Position numbers and translations under genes: made by a program. From an uncultured delta proteobacterium (lineage in GTDB: Bacteria; Myxococcota_A; Polyangia; Polyangiales; Polyangiaceae): DNA of 64,000 nucleotides. The stretch covers positions 1,376,001 to 1,440,000 of the forward strand of contig CAWJCS010000006.1 in assembly GCA_963841435.1 (NCBI GenBank), written 5' to 3'. The notes beneath the pieces were generated by a model. It was not told the DNA's origin. It saw only the letters and a list, made by a program, of their open reading frames with translations, and searched no databases. Positions 31,701 to 41,338 of the stretch are shown piece by piece. Each line of letters begins with the position of its first letter. Within the stretch, counting starts at the first letter, position 1.

Positions 31701-34700
31701 TGCTCGAGCGCCTGCTCGCCCTCGCCGAGCGAAGCTTCCGTGACGCCGGCTCGAGCGACGCCGAGGGGACGCTGCGCTGGGGTGTCGCCGAGCTCTGCCA
31801 TCGTCTACTCGAGGTCGAACGGGCGGCCGATGCCGTCGAGCGCCTGCTGTCCGCGGCCGAGCTGCCCTTCGAGCTCGCCGTGCGCCGCGAGCTCCGGCGC
31901 GACGCCGCGCTGCTCGCCGTCGAAAAGCTCGGTGATGGAGAGCGCGCCATCGAGCTTTTCGACGAGCTGCTCGCCGAAGCCCCGGCCGATCCCGTCGCCG
32001 ACGAGATCGTCCCGCGCCTCTCGGCGCTCCTCGAGGAGCGCGCCCGTTTCACCGAGCTCTGCGACCTCTGGGAGGCGCAGGGCAAGACGCGTCGCGAAAC
32101 GTCGCCCGACCAGGCCGCCGACCTGTTCGCGCGCGCCGCGGTGCTTGCCGAGTCGCGCCTCGAGGACGCAAAGCGCGCCTTTGCCGACTACGTGCGCGGT
32201 GCCGAGCTCGGCAGCGAAGCCGCGCTCGAGGCGCTCGCACGCATCCACGAGGCGCGCGAGAACCACGCCGAGGCCGCCGAGGTGCTCGCGCGCCTGACGG
32301 CGATGTCCTCACCGGAGACGCTCGGGGGGCGCGCGCTCCGGCTCGCGGCCGCTCACACCGCGCTCGAAGACCCCGACAGCGCTCGCGCCTGCCTCGAGCA
32401 AGCCCTTCCGATCGCCTCCGAGACGGCAAGCCTCAGGAAGCGTCTCGCGGAGCTCTACCGCGAGGGTCACGACTTCACGGGCCTGGCGGCGCTGCTGACC
32501 GAAGAGGCGAATCTCGCAGAAGATCCCGACAAAAAGCTCGGCTACCTGCGCGAGGCGGCCGACCTGCACCAGCGCGAGCGCCGCGATCCCGCCTCCGCGG
32601 TGCCGCTGCTCGAGCAGGCCGTGGCGCTCCACCGCGACGACGCCGTGCTCAGGGTCTCGCTCGCGCTCGCGCTCGATGCCGCCGGGCGGCACGGCGATGC
32701 GGCCAACGTGCTGAAGGAGCAGATCGAGAGCTACGGCGCGCGACGACCGAAGGACCGCGCGCAGGTTCACTACGAGCTGGCGCGCGTGCTGCTCAAGGCG
32801 GGCGCCGAGGCCGAGGCCCTCGCCGAGCTCGACGCCGCCTCGCGCATCGATCCGACCCATCCTGGCATCACGCAGCTTCTCGCGAGTGTCGCGTTCCGTC
32901 AGGGCGATCTCGATCGCGCGGAGCGCATGTATCGCGCTCTCCTGCTCACCGCGGGCAAGGACGCGACGGGCCCGGGCCGGACGGACGCCCTCGTCGCCCT
33001 CGGCGAGATCGCGGGGCGGCGCGGAGATCAGGGCCGGGCCGCCGAGTTCTTGGAGTCGGCCTTCGAATCGGCGCTCGAGAACCCGCGCGAGGCCGAGCTT
33101 CTCGAGTCCGCGCTGCGCAGCGCCGGCAAGAAGGAGGAGCTCGCGCGCCTGCTCGAAGCACGGCTCGCACAGGGCCTGCGCCCCGAGCAGACGGCGCTCG
33201 TGGTCGGCGAGCTCGTCGAGCTCCTGTTCGAAGCGGGGCGCATGTCGGCTGCCGAAGCGCTCCACCCGCGTGTCCGCGCGGCCCTCGAGGAGCTCGGCCA
33301 GGCGGGTTGTCTCGACGATGACGTGTGGGCGGCGCTCGGCCGCGCGTTCGAGCTGCTCGACGACTCCGCGGCCGCGGCGACGGTGCTCGAGCACCGGGTG
33401 AGCCTCGGCGCCCGTTCGAGTCGGCCCCCCGCCGATGCGGAGCTCTTCTACCGTCTCGCGACGGCGCGCCTGTCCGATCCCAAGACGCGCCTGCAAGGCG
33501 TGGGTTTGCTCGAACGGGCGATGGACCTGAGGCTCGATCTCGAGCGCGCACAAGAGCTCTTGGCGGCCGATCTCGGCGACGTTTCGCGCGAGCCACGCGT
33601 TCTCGCGCTGCGCGAGCGCATCGCCCGTGCGAGCGGCGACAAGCACGCGCTCGTCGCCGCGCTGGCGGCCCGCGCCGGCGCGCCGGGGGCTCGCCTGCCC
33701 GTCGTGCGCGAGGGCATCGAAATTGCCCGTGAAATCGGCGACGTGGCGCTCATCGACACGCTCGCCAGGGCCGCTCTCGACAACGACGACATCGAGCTTT
33801 CGGCCGAGGAGCGCGGCTGGCTCAAGCTCGAGCTAGCGAGGGTGCGTGAGGCTGCCGGCGACGCCGAGGGGGCCATGACCTTGCGCGAGGAGGCCGCCTC
33901 CGAGCTGCCGGAGAGCGAAGGGCGCGATCTTCTGCTCGAGGTTGCCGGAGCCGCCGAGCGCGCGGGGGACGATGCGCGCGCCGCGAAGCTGTACGCGAAG
34001 GTGCTCGCCGAGGACTCGAGCGAGCAGCGGGCGTTCGTCCCGCTGCTCGGCGTGTACGAGCGGCTCGGACAGCGCGACGCTTGGCTCTCGCTCGTCGAGC
34101 AGGCGATTGGCGCCGTCGTGAGCGTGACGGAGCGCTCGGCGCTGCGCCTCCGGCAGGCGCGCGCGCTCGCCGCGAAGAAGAGCGGCGTGAAGCGCGCCAT
34201 CGACGTGCTCGGCGACCTCCTGCTCGACGAACCGGGCCACCGCGAGGCCTTCGACTTGCTCTCGGAGCTGCTCGAGCGGGCCGGTCGGTTCGTCGAGCTC
34301 GCCGAGCACATGGCGCGCGAGCTCGACGGCGCCTTCGAGCGCAACGAGACGGCCGCCATCGCCGAGCTCGCGCCGCGCCTGATCGCGGCCTACGAGCAGG
34401 CCGGCGCCGCCCGCGAAGCCGCCGACGTCTGCGCCCGCGCGCTCGACGTGATGAAGGACGACCGCGAGCTCGTGCGCTTGCTGCTCAGGCTCGCGGAAGC
34501 GACGGGCGAGGTCGATCGCATCGCCGACGCGCTCGAACGGCTGCTCACGGTCGAGCGCGGTCCCGCGGCGGGGGGCATCGGTCGGCGTCTCGCCACGCTG
34601 CGCGAGGCCCAGGGCGACGCCGCGGGCGCTCAGCGAGCGCTCGAGCTCGCCCACCTCGCCAATCCCACCGACGAAGAGATCCAGAAGGCGCTGTTCGGCC

Positions 34701-36067
34701 AGCTCGAAGCGAGCGGCGACGCCGGGCGGCTGTCGGAGCTGCTCGAACAGGCGCTCGAGCGCTCTCCCGGCGACCGGGAGCTCCTTTCGCGCTGGGCGGC
34801 CCTGGAGCTTCAGCAGGGAAACCACGACAAGCTCACCGTGGCGCTTGGCCGGCTGCTCGAGGGGACCCCCGACGATGTCGAGCTCCTCAAGCGCCGTGCG
34901 GCGGCGCTCGCCGAGCTCGAGCGCAAGGACGAGGCACTCGAGGATCTCCGACGTGCCGCGGCCCTGGACCCGACCGCGACGCCGGAGCTCGTCGAAGCGC
35001 TCGAGCAAGCCGTGCTGAGGGCCAATCCACCTCGCGACAGCCAGCTCGCCCTCGAGCTCGTCGATCTGTTCGAGGCGAGCGGTGATCTCGAGAGCGCGCG
35101 GGCGCGCCTCGCCGACTTCCTCATGGAAAAACCCGAGGATCTCGTCGGTTTCCGCCGGCTCGCCGCGCTCGACCAGAAGCTCGGCAACGCCGCGGAGGCG
35201 CTCATCACGCTCGAGCGTCTCGTGGCGCTCGAGACGGGCAGCGGCCTCGTCAACGTGGCGCTCGCGCTGGCCGAGGCGGCCGAAAAGGCGGGGCAGCCCG
35301 AGCTCGCGCGGCCGGCGCTCGAGCGCGCCTTCGAGGCCGAGCCCGAGCAGGAGGCCGTGCGGCAGCGGCTCGAGGCGCTTTATCAGACGCTCGGCGCGTT
35401 CCGTGAGCTCGGCGAGCTGGTGTTGCAGCAGGCGGCGCTCGTCGAGGACCCCCAGACGCGGCTCGACCTCGTGCTGCGTGCGGCCGAGGCGCTGTTGATG
35501 CCCGACGCCGACGTCGCGACCGCCATCAAGGTGCTCGAGGTGGCCCGCGAGGAATCGCCAGCGAGCGTCGAAGCCGCAACGCTCCTCGCTCGCGCCTATG
35601 CCGCGGGAGGCAGCCCGGAGCGCGGCCTCGAGGTGTTGAAGGGCGTCGCCCAGGCCAACCGCGGCCGCCGCACCAAAGCCATCGCTCAGGTTTATCAGCA
35701 GATCGCCGCCATCCATCTCGAGGAGGGCTTCTTGAGTGACGCCCTCGAGGCGCTCTCGAAGGCCTTCGAATCCGACTCGAAGAACGCGCACCTGGCCCTC
35801 GAGGTCGGCAAGCTCGCGCTCGAGACGGAGGAAAGCGATGCCGCGCAGCGCGCGTTCCGCGCCGTCACCATCATGCGCGCGCCGGGCCCCGAGGGTTCGG
35901 GGGGAGCCACGCCCGAGGAGAAGGCGGAGGCGAACTATCAGCTCGCCGTGCTCGCCCACAAGGGCGGCGACACGCGCAAGGCCCGCGTCCTCGTGTCCAA
36001 GGCGCTCGCCGACAACGGCGCGCACGAGCAAGCTCGCAGCCTGCTCGGCGAGCTCGATCGGCGCTGA
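25739..36067 (+). CDS. Giant TPR/alpha-solenoid protein (AgmK/GltI-like architecture)
   Basis: ~3,440-aa uninterrupted ORF made of TPR-like helical repeats; start 25667 or 25739. Confidence 0.9.
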   Translation: MGEALDERAGNPSEVLDLLVMALGKGEDTAELWDKLHESATRHGQTTELAFAYEQMAADKRVKLMQPDHQAHLHLRMSFFLAEALGDREGAALAAERAVTAVPGHPEAFALLEELLAGPEGAARLGRHYFDASARAAQPAERLRLLQRAAEVVANDPQSFDLAVEVEQQLFVLDPSNSAVRDDLMQRLIARGRHQQVVELLETSLRREPPPDADEAKLLREQAMDICLGVLHDSPRALAHVEGILTLYPTHAHARKLAEELLPHRQLGLRAAAALSTAFEKTGEVERAVEMLGHELTLVRGPRRVEVQRKLGILRQDVLADPAGALELLGPVVAGDPGDDDLRGRFVQLSLELGQSAQAARLLSRALQTSRDAGVRARVAADVGEVYLRSGDSRRAVAAFQQATEIGADDVGSLRSAKRLTELFDEAKEPAQLAAALEIVTRLEPELEDRQRSARRLAELIERQPGEAARAATAWRALIGSAWNAEALDRLEAIYRESGDEEGLADVLGLRAEATSDPETARSLAFQAAELRSNRPRDRAAAIDAWLTLATRFGHTPEIDARLLPLLEAEGRFADVAFVLERRAEAAPPEERTELLVRLGQLRAGHLADTAGALAAFSEVIRTSPSEPNARAALERLLGAGEHRLAAADVLEPIYRSENAAAELLHVLEVRAELGSPEETFARLEEALTLAQNPLENQDQALEIAGWGLERAVALNGDVRRWLGEVERLGSGASQWRAVFLADALADRTVDTPELFDLARAAGAGLAQAGDLPRAIEVYRRALVYAPSSRELLNRVDELLAQQGAPEQRLGLYLSALVEEREPARRRELLHAMATLQGRELADPSGALATYRMAIGEDPRDLVAHDAIAAALSAATDWNGLYEELARVLPLTEGERRSMTLLRLGEVAALRGDAGAALGHYRELMEAADLSDDVLDMVEHLARECGDGETARAALDRRLSRNPDAPTRAVLLERLGNVLAWMLEDRPNAARTWLEGARLSLGPGGDRERARQLYERVLDADPTSREAAERLVELLAEAGDWERLEEVFGVLVGLAGERDVIMLLLGLEERANEAARSDAFVRLLDAGIARVGSGRARHLLLAKARALGHAPGRADEAVALYRSLLERAGDDAAADAEAFSSFLRSVPLGPERAQDLRWLFEWRLARTASPTDVLGEWAKVEDERFENQKGAADLYARLVEIDPDRIDAWGEIARLELGLGRTERAYEALEALKARTEGETRHAAAVKLAGLLVSPLGRPEEALDTLMPVLDANPGDLEALRIVHRVFDVPECRARASALLERIASLSDDRVARAEVIEALLAVSAEAPELARARTRWLTQLLRTKKDKPEEGLVLALQGAEAAPEETELWDLAHEMVRKTGDPTPVAETYERTLERALSPEVADRMGQRMVEFLEEWFDDPDRILAVLERVLTLSPAAAWAFERLKLAFNSAGRWPELFALYDRRLAAGMEDQGEEVALLREAAMAAKDFASDAERAIGYLEQLNQRSPGDGRVESTLERLYERHGRTRPLIDLLSARLASSSAADSGELAARVAALWLDLGETVPAFGLSEGLLESGKHDAAAIALLERILTLPQASEQSTDEDAPSVLEQTALLLEKRYRAEDSPVDVVRMLEIEVDSSTDAAQKAKLLGEVASLRRERLADPEGAFETLVELVTLDPTSVNRARLAELAGELGSEDRRADTLVSVARAATTGEVAAELLLEAAGVADQKLQQPERAVELLRDVVKLRDKKPDAGLAAARRLSELLRESAQHPELVSLLEIVAALESDPAARREALGEAAELSISALSDPARAIRNYGVRLGLDAKDRVALDGLCRALELAGRWDELVEALESRAKQSEDAEARADRVRIAQIQTEVKGDLAAGVLAWLHLRKKHGPDLESFEGLGSLLFASSRFEELAALYVSEIEHEEGEERRRSLFERLGDVHENRTGERLLALDAYAAAGTFGAAMRVAGQRSADSSADIEVLERLLALAERSFRDAGSSDAEGTLRWGVAELCHRLLEVERAADAVERLLSAAELPFELAVRRELRRDAALLAVEKLGDGERAIELFDELLAEAPADPVADEIVPRLSALLEERARFTELCDLWEAQGKTRRETSPDQAADLFARAAVLAESRLEDAKRAFADYVRGAELGSEAALEALARIHEARENHAEAAEVLARLTAMSSPETLGGRALRLAAAHTALEDPDSARACLEQALPIASETASLRKRLAELYREGHDFTGLAALLTEEANLAEDPDKKLGYLREAADLHQRERRDPASAVPLLEQAVALHRDDAVLRVSLALALDAAGRHGDAANVLKEQIESYGARRPKDRAQVHYELARVLLKAGAEAEALAELDAASRIDPTHPGITQLLASVAFRQGDLDRAERMYRALLLTAGKDATGPGRTDALVALGEIAGRRGDQGRAAEFLESAFESALENPREAELLESALRSAGKKEELARLLEARLAQGLRPEQTALVVGELVELLFEAGRMSAAEALHPRVRAALEELGQAGCLDDDVWAALGRAFELLDDSAAAATVLEHRVSLGARSSRPPADAELFYRLATARLSDPKTRLQGVGLLERAMDLRLDLERAQELLAADLGDVSREPRVLALRERIARASGDKHALVAALAARAGAPGARLPVVREGIEIAREIGDVALIDTLARAALDNDDIELSAEERGWLKLELARVREAAGDAEGAMTLREEAASELPESEGRDLLLEVAGAAERAGDDARAAKLYAKVLAEDSSEQRAFVPLLGVYERLGQRDAWLSLVEQAIGAVVSVTERSALRLRQARALAAKKSGVKRAIDVLGDLLLDEPGHREAFDLLSELLERAGRFVELAEHMARELDGAFERNETAAIAELAPRLIAAYEQAGAAREAADVCARALDVMKDDRELVRLLLRLAEATGEVDRIADALERLLTVERGPAAGGIGRRLATLREAQGDAAGAQRALELAHLANPTDEEIQKALFGQLEASGDAGRLSELLEQALERSPGDRELLSRWAALELQQGNHDKLTVALGRLLEGTPDDVELLKRRAAALAELERKDEALEDLRRAAALDPTATPELVEALEQAVLRANPPRDSQLALELVDLFEASGDLESARARLADFLMEKPEDLVGFRRLAALDQKLGNAAEALITLERLVALETGSGLVNVALALAEAAEKAGQPELARPALERAFEAEPEQEAVRQRLEALYQTLGAFRELGELVLQQAALVEDPQTRLDLVLRAAEALLMPDADVATAIKVLEVAREESPASVEAATLLARAYAAGGSPERGLEVLKGVAQANRGRRTKAIAQVYQQIAAIHLEEGFLSDALEALSKAFESDSKNAHLALEVGKLALETEESDAAQRAFRAVTIMRAPGPEGSGGATPEEKAEANYQLAVLAHKGGDTRKARVLVSKALADNGAHEQARSLLGELDRR

Positions 36068-36119
36068 GCGCTCGCGAGGCTCGCCAACGACGGGATTTCG
36101 TGAAATCCTCCCGCGACCC

Positions 36120-36401
36120 ATGGCGCGACGCGAGAAGCGACTCACGAAGAAGGAACGAAAAGCAATGGCTCCGGGCGAGCACCAGCACGACCACGAGCAT
36201 CGCCACATCCACTGCATCGCCTGCGGTCGCCATCTGGATCCGGCGGAGTTCGAGAGCGACCCCCCGTCCGCGCTCGAGATCACCTGTCAGCACGGTTCGC
36301 GCTTTCCGTCGTGCGCCGCGTGCGAGGTCGAGGCCCGGGCGCGCGTCGCCGAGCACGACCGCACGGGGAAGCCGCCGCAGGTTGCCGGCGCCTGGCACTG
36401 A
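36120..36401 (+). CDS. Small His-rich putative zinc-binding protein
   Basis: Basic N-terminus, HQHDHEHRHIH, CIAC, CQH and CAAC. Confidence 0.75.
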   Translation: MARREKRLTKKERKAMAPGEHQHDHEHRHIHCIACGRHLDPAEFESDPPSALEITCQHGSRFPSCAACEVEARARVAEHDRTGKPPQVAGAWH

Positions 36402-36407
36402 AGAGGG

Positions 36408-37958
36408 TCAGTCTTCGTCGGCGGCGTGGCCGTCGAGATGCAGCATGGCGCCGACCCAGCCCGAGAGGTAGGTGTCGGTCGCGCCACCGGCGATGACGCA
36501 ACGACTCGCGCCTGCGCAATCGGGCTTGCCGTTGAAGTCGAAGCCGTATTGCAGCACATCCACGCCGCCGACGATGCTCAGGAAACCGAGCATCTGATAG
36601 CCGCCCATGACGCCGAAATCGAGGCCGCTGCCCGTCGCGCCCGGGAACCACACGCCGTCGAGATCGATCTCTTTGAGGGATTGCAAAAAGCGGGGTGCCA
36701 CGTGCCCGCCCAGCTTGATCTTGCCGAATTGCAGGCGAATATCGATGCCGGGGCGGATGAACGTGTACTTCGCGTCGGGGACGAGCGCGTAGGGCTTGGG
36801 TGGCGCGTAGACCTCGTCCCCCTTCAGGATGAAGGAGTGCGCGCCGTACTCCATGAACACGCCGAGCTCGTGCTTGCCGAGTGGAAAGCGTCCGCGCAGG
36901 CCCACCTGGTACGTCAACGACGAGGTGTTGAGGCCCGTCGTGAACGTCTGGCCGGTCGCCGTCGTCTCTTGGTACGAGGTGGCCGTGGCGATGCCGAACT
37001 CGTAGCGACCCTGGATGCCGATGTGCGACCAAGCGTCGTTGCGGAAGAACGCGATCGGGTAGAGGCGCAGGCTCGCGATGACCGCCGGGCCGAGCGGCAG
37101 CGAATAAGGGTGCAATTCGGGGCTGCGCGCGTCGGTGTACTTGAAGTTCCGATTGTAGCCGCGTAGCCCCACAATCAGCTCGAGCGGCCGGAGGCCGGGT
37201 CCCGTGCTCGCCGAGGAGCCGCTCGCCTCGTCGCTCGAGGAGGACGAATCCGAGTCACCGCTTTCCTCGTCCTCTTCGTCCTCGTCCTCGTCCTTGGCCA
37301 CGAGCTCACCGTCGACGAGCTCCGGCTCTTCTTCCTCGACGAGCTTCTTCTTGCCTTTTTTGCCCCCGGTCGCCGCGGCGCCGGCGCCTGCCGCAACGGG
37401 CACGGCGCCACCCTTGGGAGCCGACGGATCCTTCGCGCGGGCGATGGGATCCGCGATCGAGATCTCGAACTCGTTGTCGACCGCCTTGAGCAGCCCGAAC
37501 GAGCCGCCGCCGCCCTTGATCTCGACCGCGTCAACGCGCTCACCCTTGCCGCCGTAGACCGTGACCGTGAGGTTGTGGCGGCGTGAGATGACGCCGACCA
37601 GGATCGCGTTGGCGCCCATGGCGGTGGCCATCTTCGCGTAGCTCTTCTGCGAGCCGCCCGCCTTGATGTCTTCGGCGTCGGTGACGACGTAGCCGCCGCT
37701 CTTCCGAAGCACTTCGAGCACCTTCTGGCGCACCTTCTTCGACCCCGGGCCGGAAAAGCTCCCGACGGCGACGGAGACCTTTTCCTGCGACGCGGCGTAC
37801 GCCGGGCGGGGCACGAGCACGCTCGGGGCAATGCCCAGGGCAATGGCGGCGCACAATGTGAGCGCCCTTCGGGAGACGGGGCCGATGGACAAGGGCTGGT
37901 TCTCGAAGGACCGTTTTACTGCGCTGCGGCCAGAGACTGAAAGAAATCTAGGAAGCAC
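36408..37958 (-). CDS. Exported protein with acidic linker and probable C-terminal outer-membrane beta-barrel
   Basis: Signal-like segment ending PAYA, poly-E/D linker and amphipathic aromatic beta-strands; true start probably downstream of 37958. Confidence 0.7.
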   Translation of the reverse strand: MLPRFLSVSGRSAVKRSFENQPLSIGPVSRRALTLCAAIALGIAPSVLVPRPAYAASQEKVSVAVGSFSGPGSKKVRQKVLEVLRKSGGYVVTDAEDIKAGGSQKSYAKMATAMGANAILVGVISRRHNLTVTVYGGKGERVDAVEIKGGGGSFGLLKAVDNEFEISIADPIARAKDPSAPKGGAVPVAAGAGAAATGGKKGKKKLVEEEEPELVDGELVAKDEDEDEEDEESGDSDSSSSSDEASGSSASTGPGLRPLELIVGLRGYNRNFKYTDARSPELHPYSLPLGPAVIASLRLYPIAFFRNDAWSHIGIQGRYEFGIATATSYQETTATGQTFTTGLNTSSLTYQVGLRGRFPLGKHELGVFMEYGAHSFILKGDEVYAPPKPYALVPDAKYTFIRPGIDIRLQFGKIKLGGHVAPRFLQSLKEIDLDGVWFPGATGSGLDFGVMGGYQMLGFLSIVGGVDVLQYGFDFNGKPDCAGASRCVIAGGATDTYLSGWVGAMLHLDGHAADED

Positions 37959-38605
37959 TGGCGCCGCTGCCCGTTGGCATCCCAGCCGAGGTTGACTGAG
38001 TTGCCCGGGCTGAGCGGCATGTCGTCACCGCAGCCCGCGGTCGCCCCGGGGGTGAGCTTCTTCACCACCCAGCTGTTCGCGAAGTTCTGCGGATCGATGA
38101 GCAACTCGCCAGGAGGGCAGATCGTAGCAATCTCGGTCGCGTCGCAGGCCCTGTAGAGCACGCCGGGTGGGGAGCAGTTGATGTCGCCGTGCGTGGCCGG
38201 GATGCCCACCATCTGAGCCGCGATGGCGTTCGGATCCTTCAGGATGAGGTTGGCGTAGTGATCGACCGCGTTGTGGCAGCCCTGGCGCGCGCAGTTCTGG
38301 CTCAGGGCATCGGTGATGTCTACGTCACACGAAGCAGGCGTCACCACCATGCCCGTTCCCGCCGTGCCGGCCGTCCCGCCGGTCGCGTCACCCGCGGTGC
38401 CAGCCGTGCCGCTCGTGCCGGCGCCCACGCCCGTGCCGCTCGACCCACCGGCCGACGCACCGCCGGCGAAGTAGGGGTTCTCGAGATCGGCGCCGCCGGG
38501 GCAGCCGCTCAAAAGGAGCGAACCGGCCAGGCTCAGCACCGGAATAGCCATCTTTCTTGCCACCCCCACGAGGCGCCTGGCGAACATCAACTTCCTATCG
38601 TTCAT
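37916..38605 (-). CDS. Cys-rich lipoprotein with CX4CH motif (paralog A)
   Basis: Lipobox LSGC, CARQGCH, SWVVKKL and CGDDMP. Confidence 0.8.
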   Translation of the reverse strand: MNDRKLMFARRLVGVARKMAIPVLSLAGSLLLSGCPGGADLENPYFAGGASAGGSSGTGVGAGTSGTAGTAGDATGGTAGTAGTGMVVTPASCDVDITDALSQNCARQGCHNAVDHYANLILKDPNAIAAQMVGIPATHGDINCSPPGVLYRACDATEIATICPPGELLIDPQNFANSWVVKKLTPGATAGCGDDMPLSPGNSVNLGWDANGQRRQCFLDFFQSLAAAQ

Positions 38606-38682
38606 GGGCACGAGGGGAGATGGTAGCATCCGAGAAACGCTCCTCCAGGGAAATCCAGGTAAACTCCGGCAGGTTGTAGACG

Positions 38683-39063
38683 ATGCACCGCTTCGAACGC
38701 GACGAGCTTAAGACACTCACGAAGAGTAGCTTCGCGCGTGACCTTTCGATCCGTTTTCAGGATGTGGACGCTGCCGGCATAATTTTTTACCCCCGGGTGC
38801 TGGAGCTCTGTGGAGCTCTGTCATGATGTCTATGTCGAGTTTCTCGCGGCGGCCGGGTCACCTTTACCTGGAGCCCTGCGCGGTCCATGGATCGCCCCGA
38901 TCCGCCACGCTGAAGCCGACTATTTCCGACCGTTGCGCTTCGGCGATCGAGTCAACGTCGCCATCGTGCAGACGCACCTCGCGCCGGCCGACGAGCCCAG
39001 CGAATTGACGCTCGGCTACTGCATCGCCAGGCTCGATGGCGGCGTCGCCCAAAGCGTCCACAC
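38683..39063 (+). pseudogene. Frameshifted, truncated copy of the thioesterase at 41339
   Basis: Near-identical DNA, 10-bp tandem duplication TGGAGCTCTG at 38801-38820, a 9-bp deletion and loss of the 3' end. Confidence 0.92.
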
Positions 39064-39447
39064 GTCCGCTGCGGGAACCGCCCGGCCCAGTCGCTATCGA
39101 CTGCGTCGCCCGAGGGTCGCCCGCGTGGCACTCTTCGTCGTCCCCGGCGCGGAGCGCGCCGTCGGCGCGCCTCGAAGGTCGCCGGTCCTGACTGTCCGCA
39201 TCGCATCCATGGCTGCTCGCTCTGCGCGAGGCGATGGAACCTCCGCACGCCCGGCGATGATCAAACGACGCACCAAAGGCCTACGCATGCCGGACATGAT
39301 CCCGGCGACGATACCTCTGATCCAGGGCGATGCAAGGTCCTTTCGCCGAAGAGTCTCGCTCGCTCAGGAAATGGCGTGACGGGGTTCGCGCCCAGGCGTA
39401 TCTGAGGAGCAGACGCCGGAGGGACACCGGCGCAGGAGGTTGGGTGC

Positions 39448-39936
39448 ATGAGAACTATCAGCCAGCGGGTGATCGGAGTATTTCTAGGCGTTGCCGGGGT
39501 GTGTGCGTACTCTCTCGTTGCTGCCGCGTCGGACGACGAGGTCGCGCATGGAAGCATGTGTGCGCCTGACGAATACACGCTCGACGGAGGGACGTGGCTC
39601 CCCTCCTTCAATGGCCTGGAAGTGACCCCGGGTTCATCGACCGCTGGGGTCGTCTGCCCGATTGTTCGGGACAACTTGACGAGTGGAATCACCACCGTAT
39701 GGGTGCGTCTGGACCCGAGCACGGATGACGTTGGATGCGACCTAATGTCGCTTTCGTCGGATGGGTACTTGGGCGGCTACGACGACACGGGCGTTGGGTA
39801 CACGAGCGGGTCGTCACCGCAGAGCATCACGCTCAGCGGTTCGGGTCTCTCCAACTACACCAACGGTTCGTACGTTGTGTTGTGCGGCAGCGATGCCGGG
39901 TTCAGCGTGCTCAGCGTGCGCTGGCAGGAACCGTAG
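39448..39936 (+). CDS. Secreted hypothetical protein
   Basis: GGAGG RBS, signal peptide, beta-rich body with paired Cys; lower GC. Confidence 0.75.
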   Translation: MRTISQRVIGVFLGVAGVCAYSLVAAASDDEVAHGSMCAPDEYTLDGGTWLPSFNGLEVTPGSSTAGVVCPIVRDNLTSGITTVWVRLDPSTDDVGCDLMSLSSDGYLGGYDDTGVGYTSGSSPQSITLSGSGLSNYTNGSYVVLCGSDAGFSVLSVRWQEP

Positions 39937-40038
39937 TCCCTTCGTCCGGTCGAGCTGCTCCACCGCCCCGGGCTCCGTGCCCGTGAAGCGGTGGAGCGCC
40001 CCGGCCGCCACCGCGCTGCCTCTGCCTGGAGTGCTAGA

Positions 40039-40746
40039 ATGCTGATCTCCGGTCGTCGCATAGTCGTTGGTGGCGTCGCGACAATAGTGGTCGTGGGAGC
40101 GGTGATCTCGTGGAGGAAGACGAGGGTGGACCGCGACTTGAGGAAGCCAACGGCCGGGTCCGTCGAAGCGCAGCGGCTGGAGCGTGACCTGGAGAAACTT
40201 CGGCGGGAGGTGCGGACAATGACGCGCCTTCAGCTCGTGGCGACAGCCCAGTCGCCGATACCGTCCGGCCAGAGTTCCGATGGGGTCGAGGTGCCGATTC
40301 CGGTAGAGGAAGAAGCAGCGAGCAGCGAGGAGCCGGCGGGGGGTGCGGTTGACAGTGCGGATGACGAGACGCTCACGCAGAGGCAACGGGAACGAACTCG
40401 CCGACGCGCAGAATTCTTGAAGCAGAAGCATGCCCTGGAAGTCAGGGATCCGGAGTGGGCGTCCGACACCGAAGATGCCCTGCAAGCCGCCGTCGTAGGG
40501 CTCCGGGAGCGGGACAAATCGTCAGCGCGCCTTGTGCTCGGGGACTGTCAATCAACGATGTGCGTCGTCAACGTTGACACGGCGGCCGCTGAGCCTCAGG
40601 GCCGGGTTCCCATGGCGCTTGGCAGATTGGGCTTCCGAACGTTCGGGAGCGCGGACATCGACGATGGGACGGGAGAGATTCACTGGACAATCTTTGTGCA
40701 ACGCCCCGGTTTTCCACTGCCCACACCGCCCGACTCCAACCCCTAG
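40039..40746 (+). CDS. Membrane-anchored hypothetical protein
   Basis: N-terminal TM, coiled coil, RDPEWASDTE...CQSTMC motif. Confidence 0.7.
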   Translation: MLISGRRIVVGGVATIVVVGAVISWRKTRVDRDLRKPTAGSVEAQRLERDLEKLRREVRTMTRLQLVATAQSPIPSGQSSDGVEVPIPVEEEAASSEEPAGGAVDSADDETLTQRQRERTRRRAEFLKQKHALEVRDPEWASDTEDALQAAVVGLRERDKSSARLVLGDCQSTMCVVNVDTAAAEPQGRVPMALGRLGFRTFGSADIDDGTGEIHWTIFVQRPGFPLPTPPDSNP

Positions 40747-40805
40747 AACCCAAGAGAGCAACACCGCGTTCTGAGACATGGCCGGGTCGAGCCCTGGAGG
40801 CCCGT

Positions 40806-41232
40806 GGAGCAGCGTCATCCAGCCGGTGTCAACCTGCAGCTCCTCGCCCGGCTTACCATCGACGACCGGCAGCGTGACCGCGCGCCGTCCGAAGCCAAGC
40901 TCGACGGCCGCGAAGCGATGCAGCGTCGAGTACGGAACGGCGACCCCTGGCGCTGCAGCAATCGCCGCACTTTCGACAGCCGGACGCCGTCGCTGAGCTT
41001 CTGCTCGAGGAACGGCCGCTGCTCGACGCACGCTCGCCAAGCCTCGCCGTGCTCGCGTGGCGACGCGCCACTGAGCTCCGTCATGACGGCGGCCAGCGCC
41101 TCGTCGGTAAGCGATGCAGCGCCGCCCGCGAGCGCGAGCCCGCACGCTTCCGCCGCGCGCACGTACCGCCGCACCGTCTTTGGATCCAACCCGACGCGAG
41201 CCGCGATCCGTTTCTTGCCAGCCCCAGACAAG
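40806..41232 (-). mobile_element. istA: IS21-family transposase (istA) remnant
   Basis: GKKRIAARVGLDPKTVRRY HTH, a frameshift, then YSTLHRF...PGEELQVDTG; truncated at both ends. Confidence 0.85.
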
Positions 41233-41338
41233 CTACACGGAACGCGGACGTGCTGTTCCAGGCAGGTAAACAGAGACGGTAGCATCCGAGAAACGCTCCT
41301 CCAGGGAAATCCAGGTAAACTCCGGCAGGTTGTAGACG

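Noticed and set aside
25667-36283. Many long Arg/Ala/Pro-rich overlapping or antisense ORFs here and throughout the window
   Set aside because: Expected shadow ORFs at about 70% GC, with no recognisable motifs.
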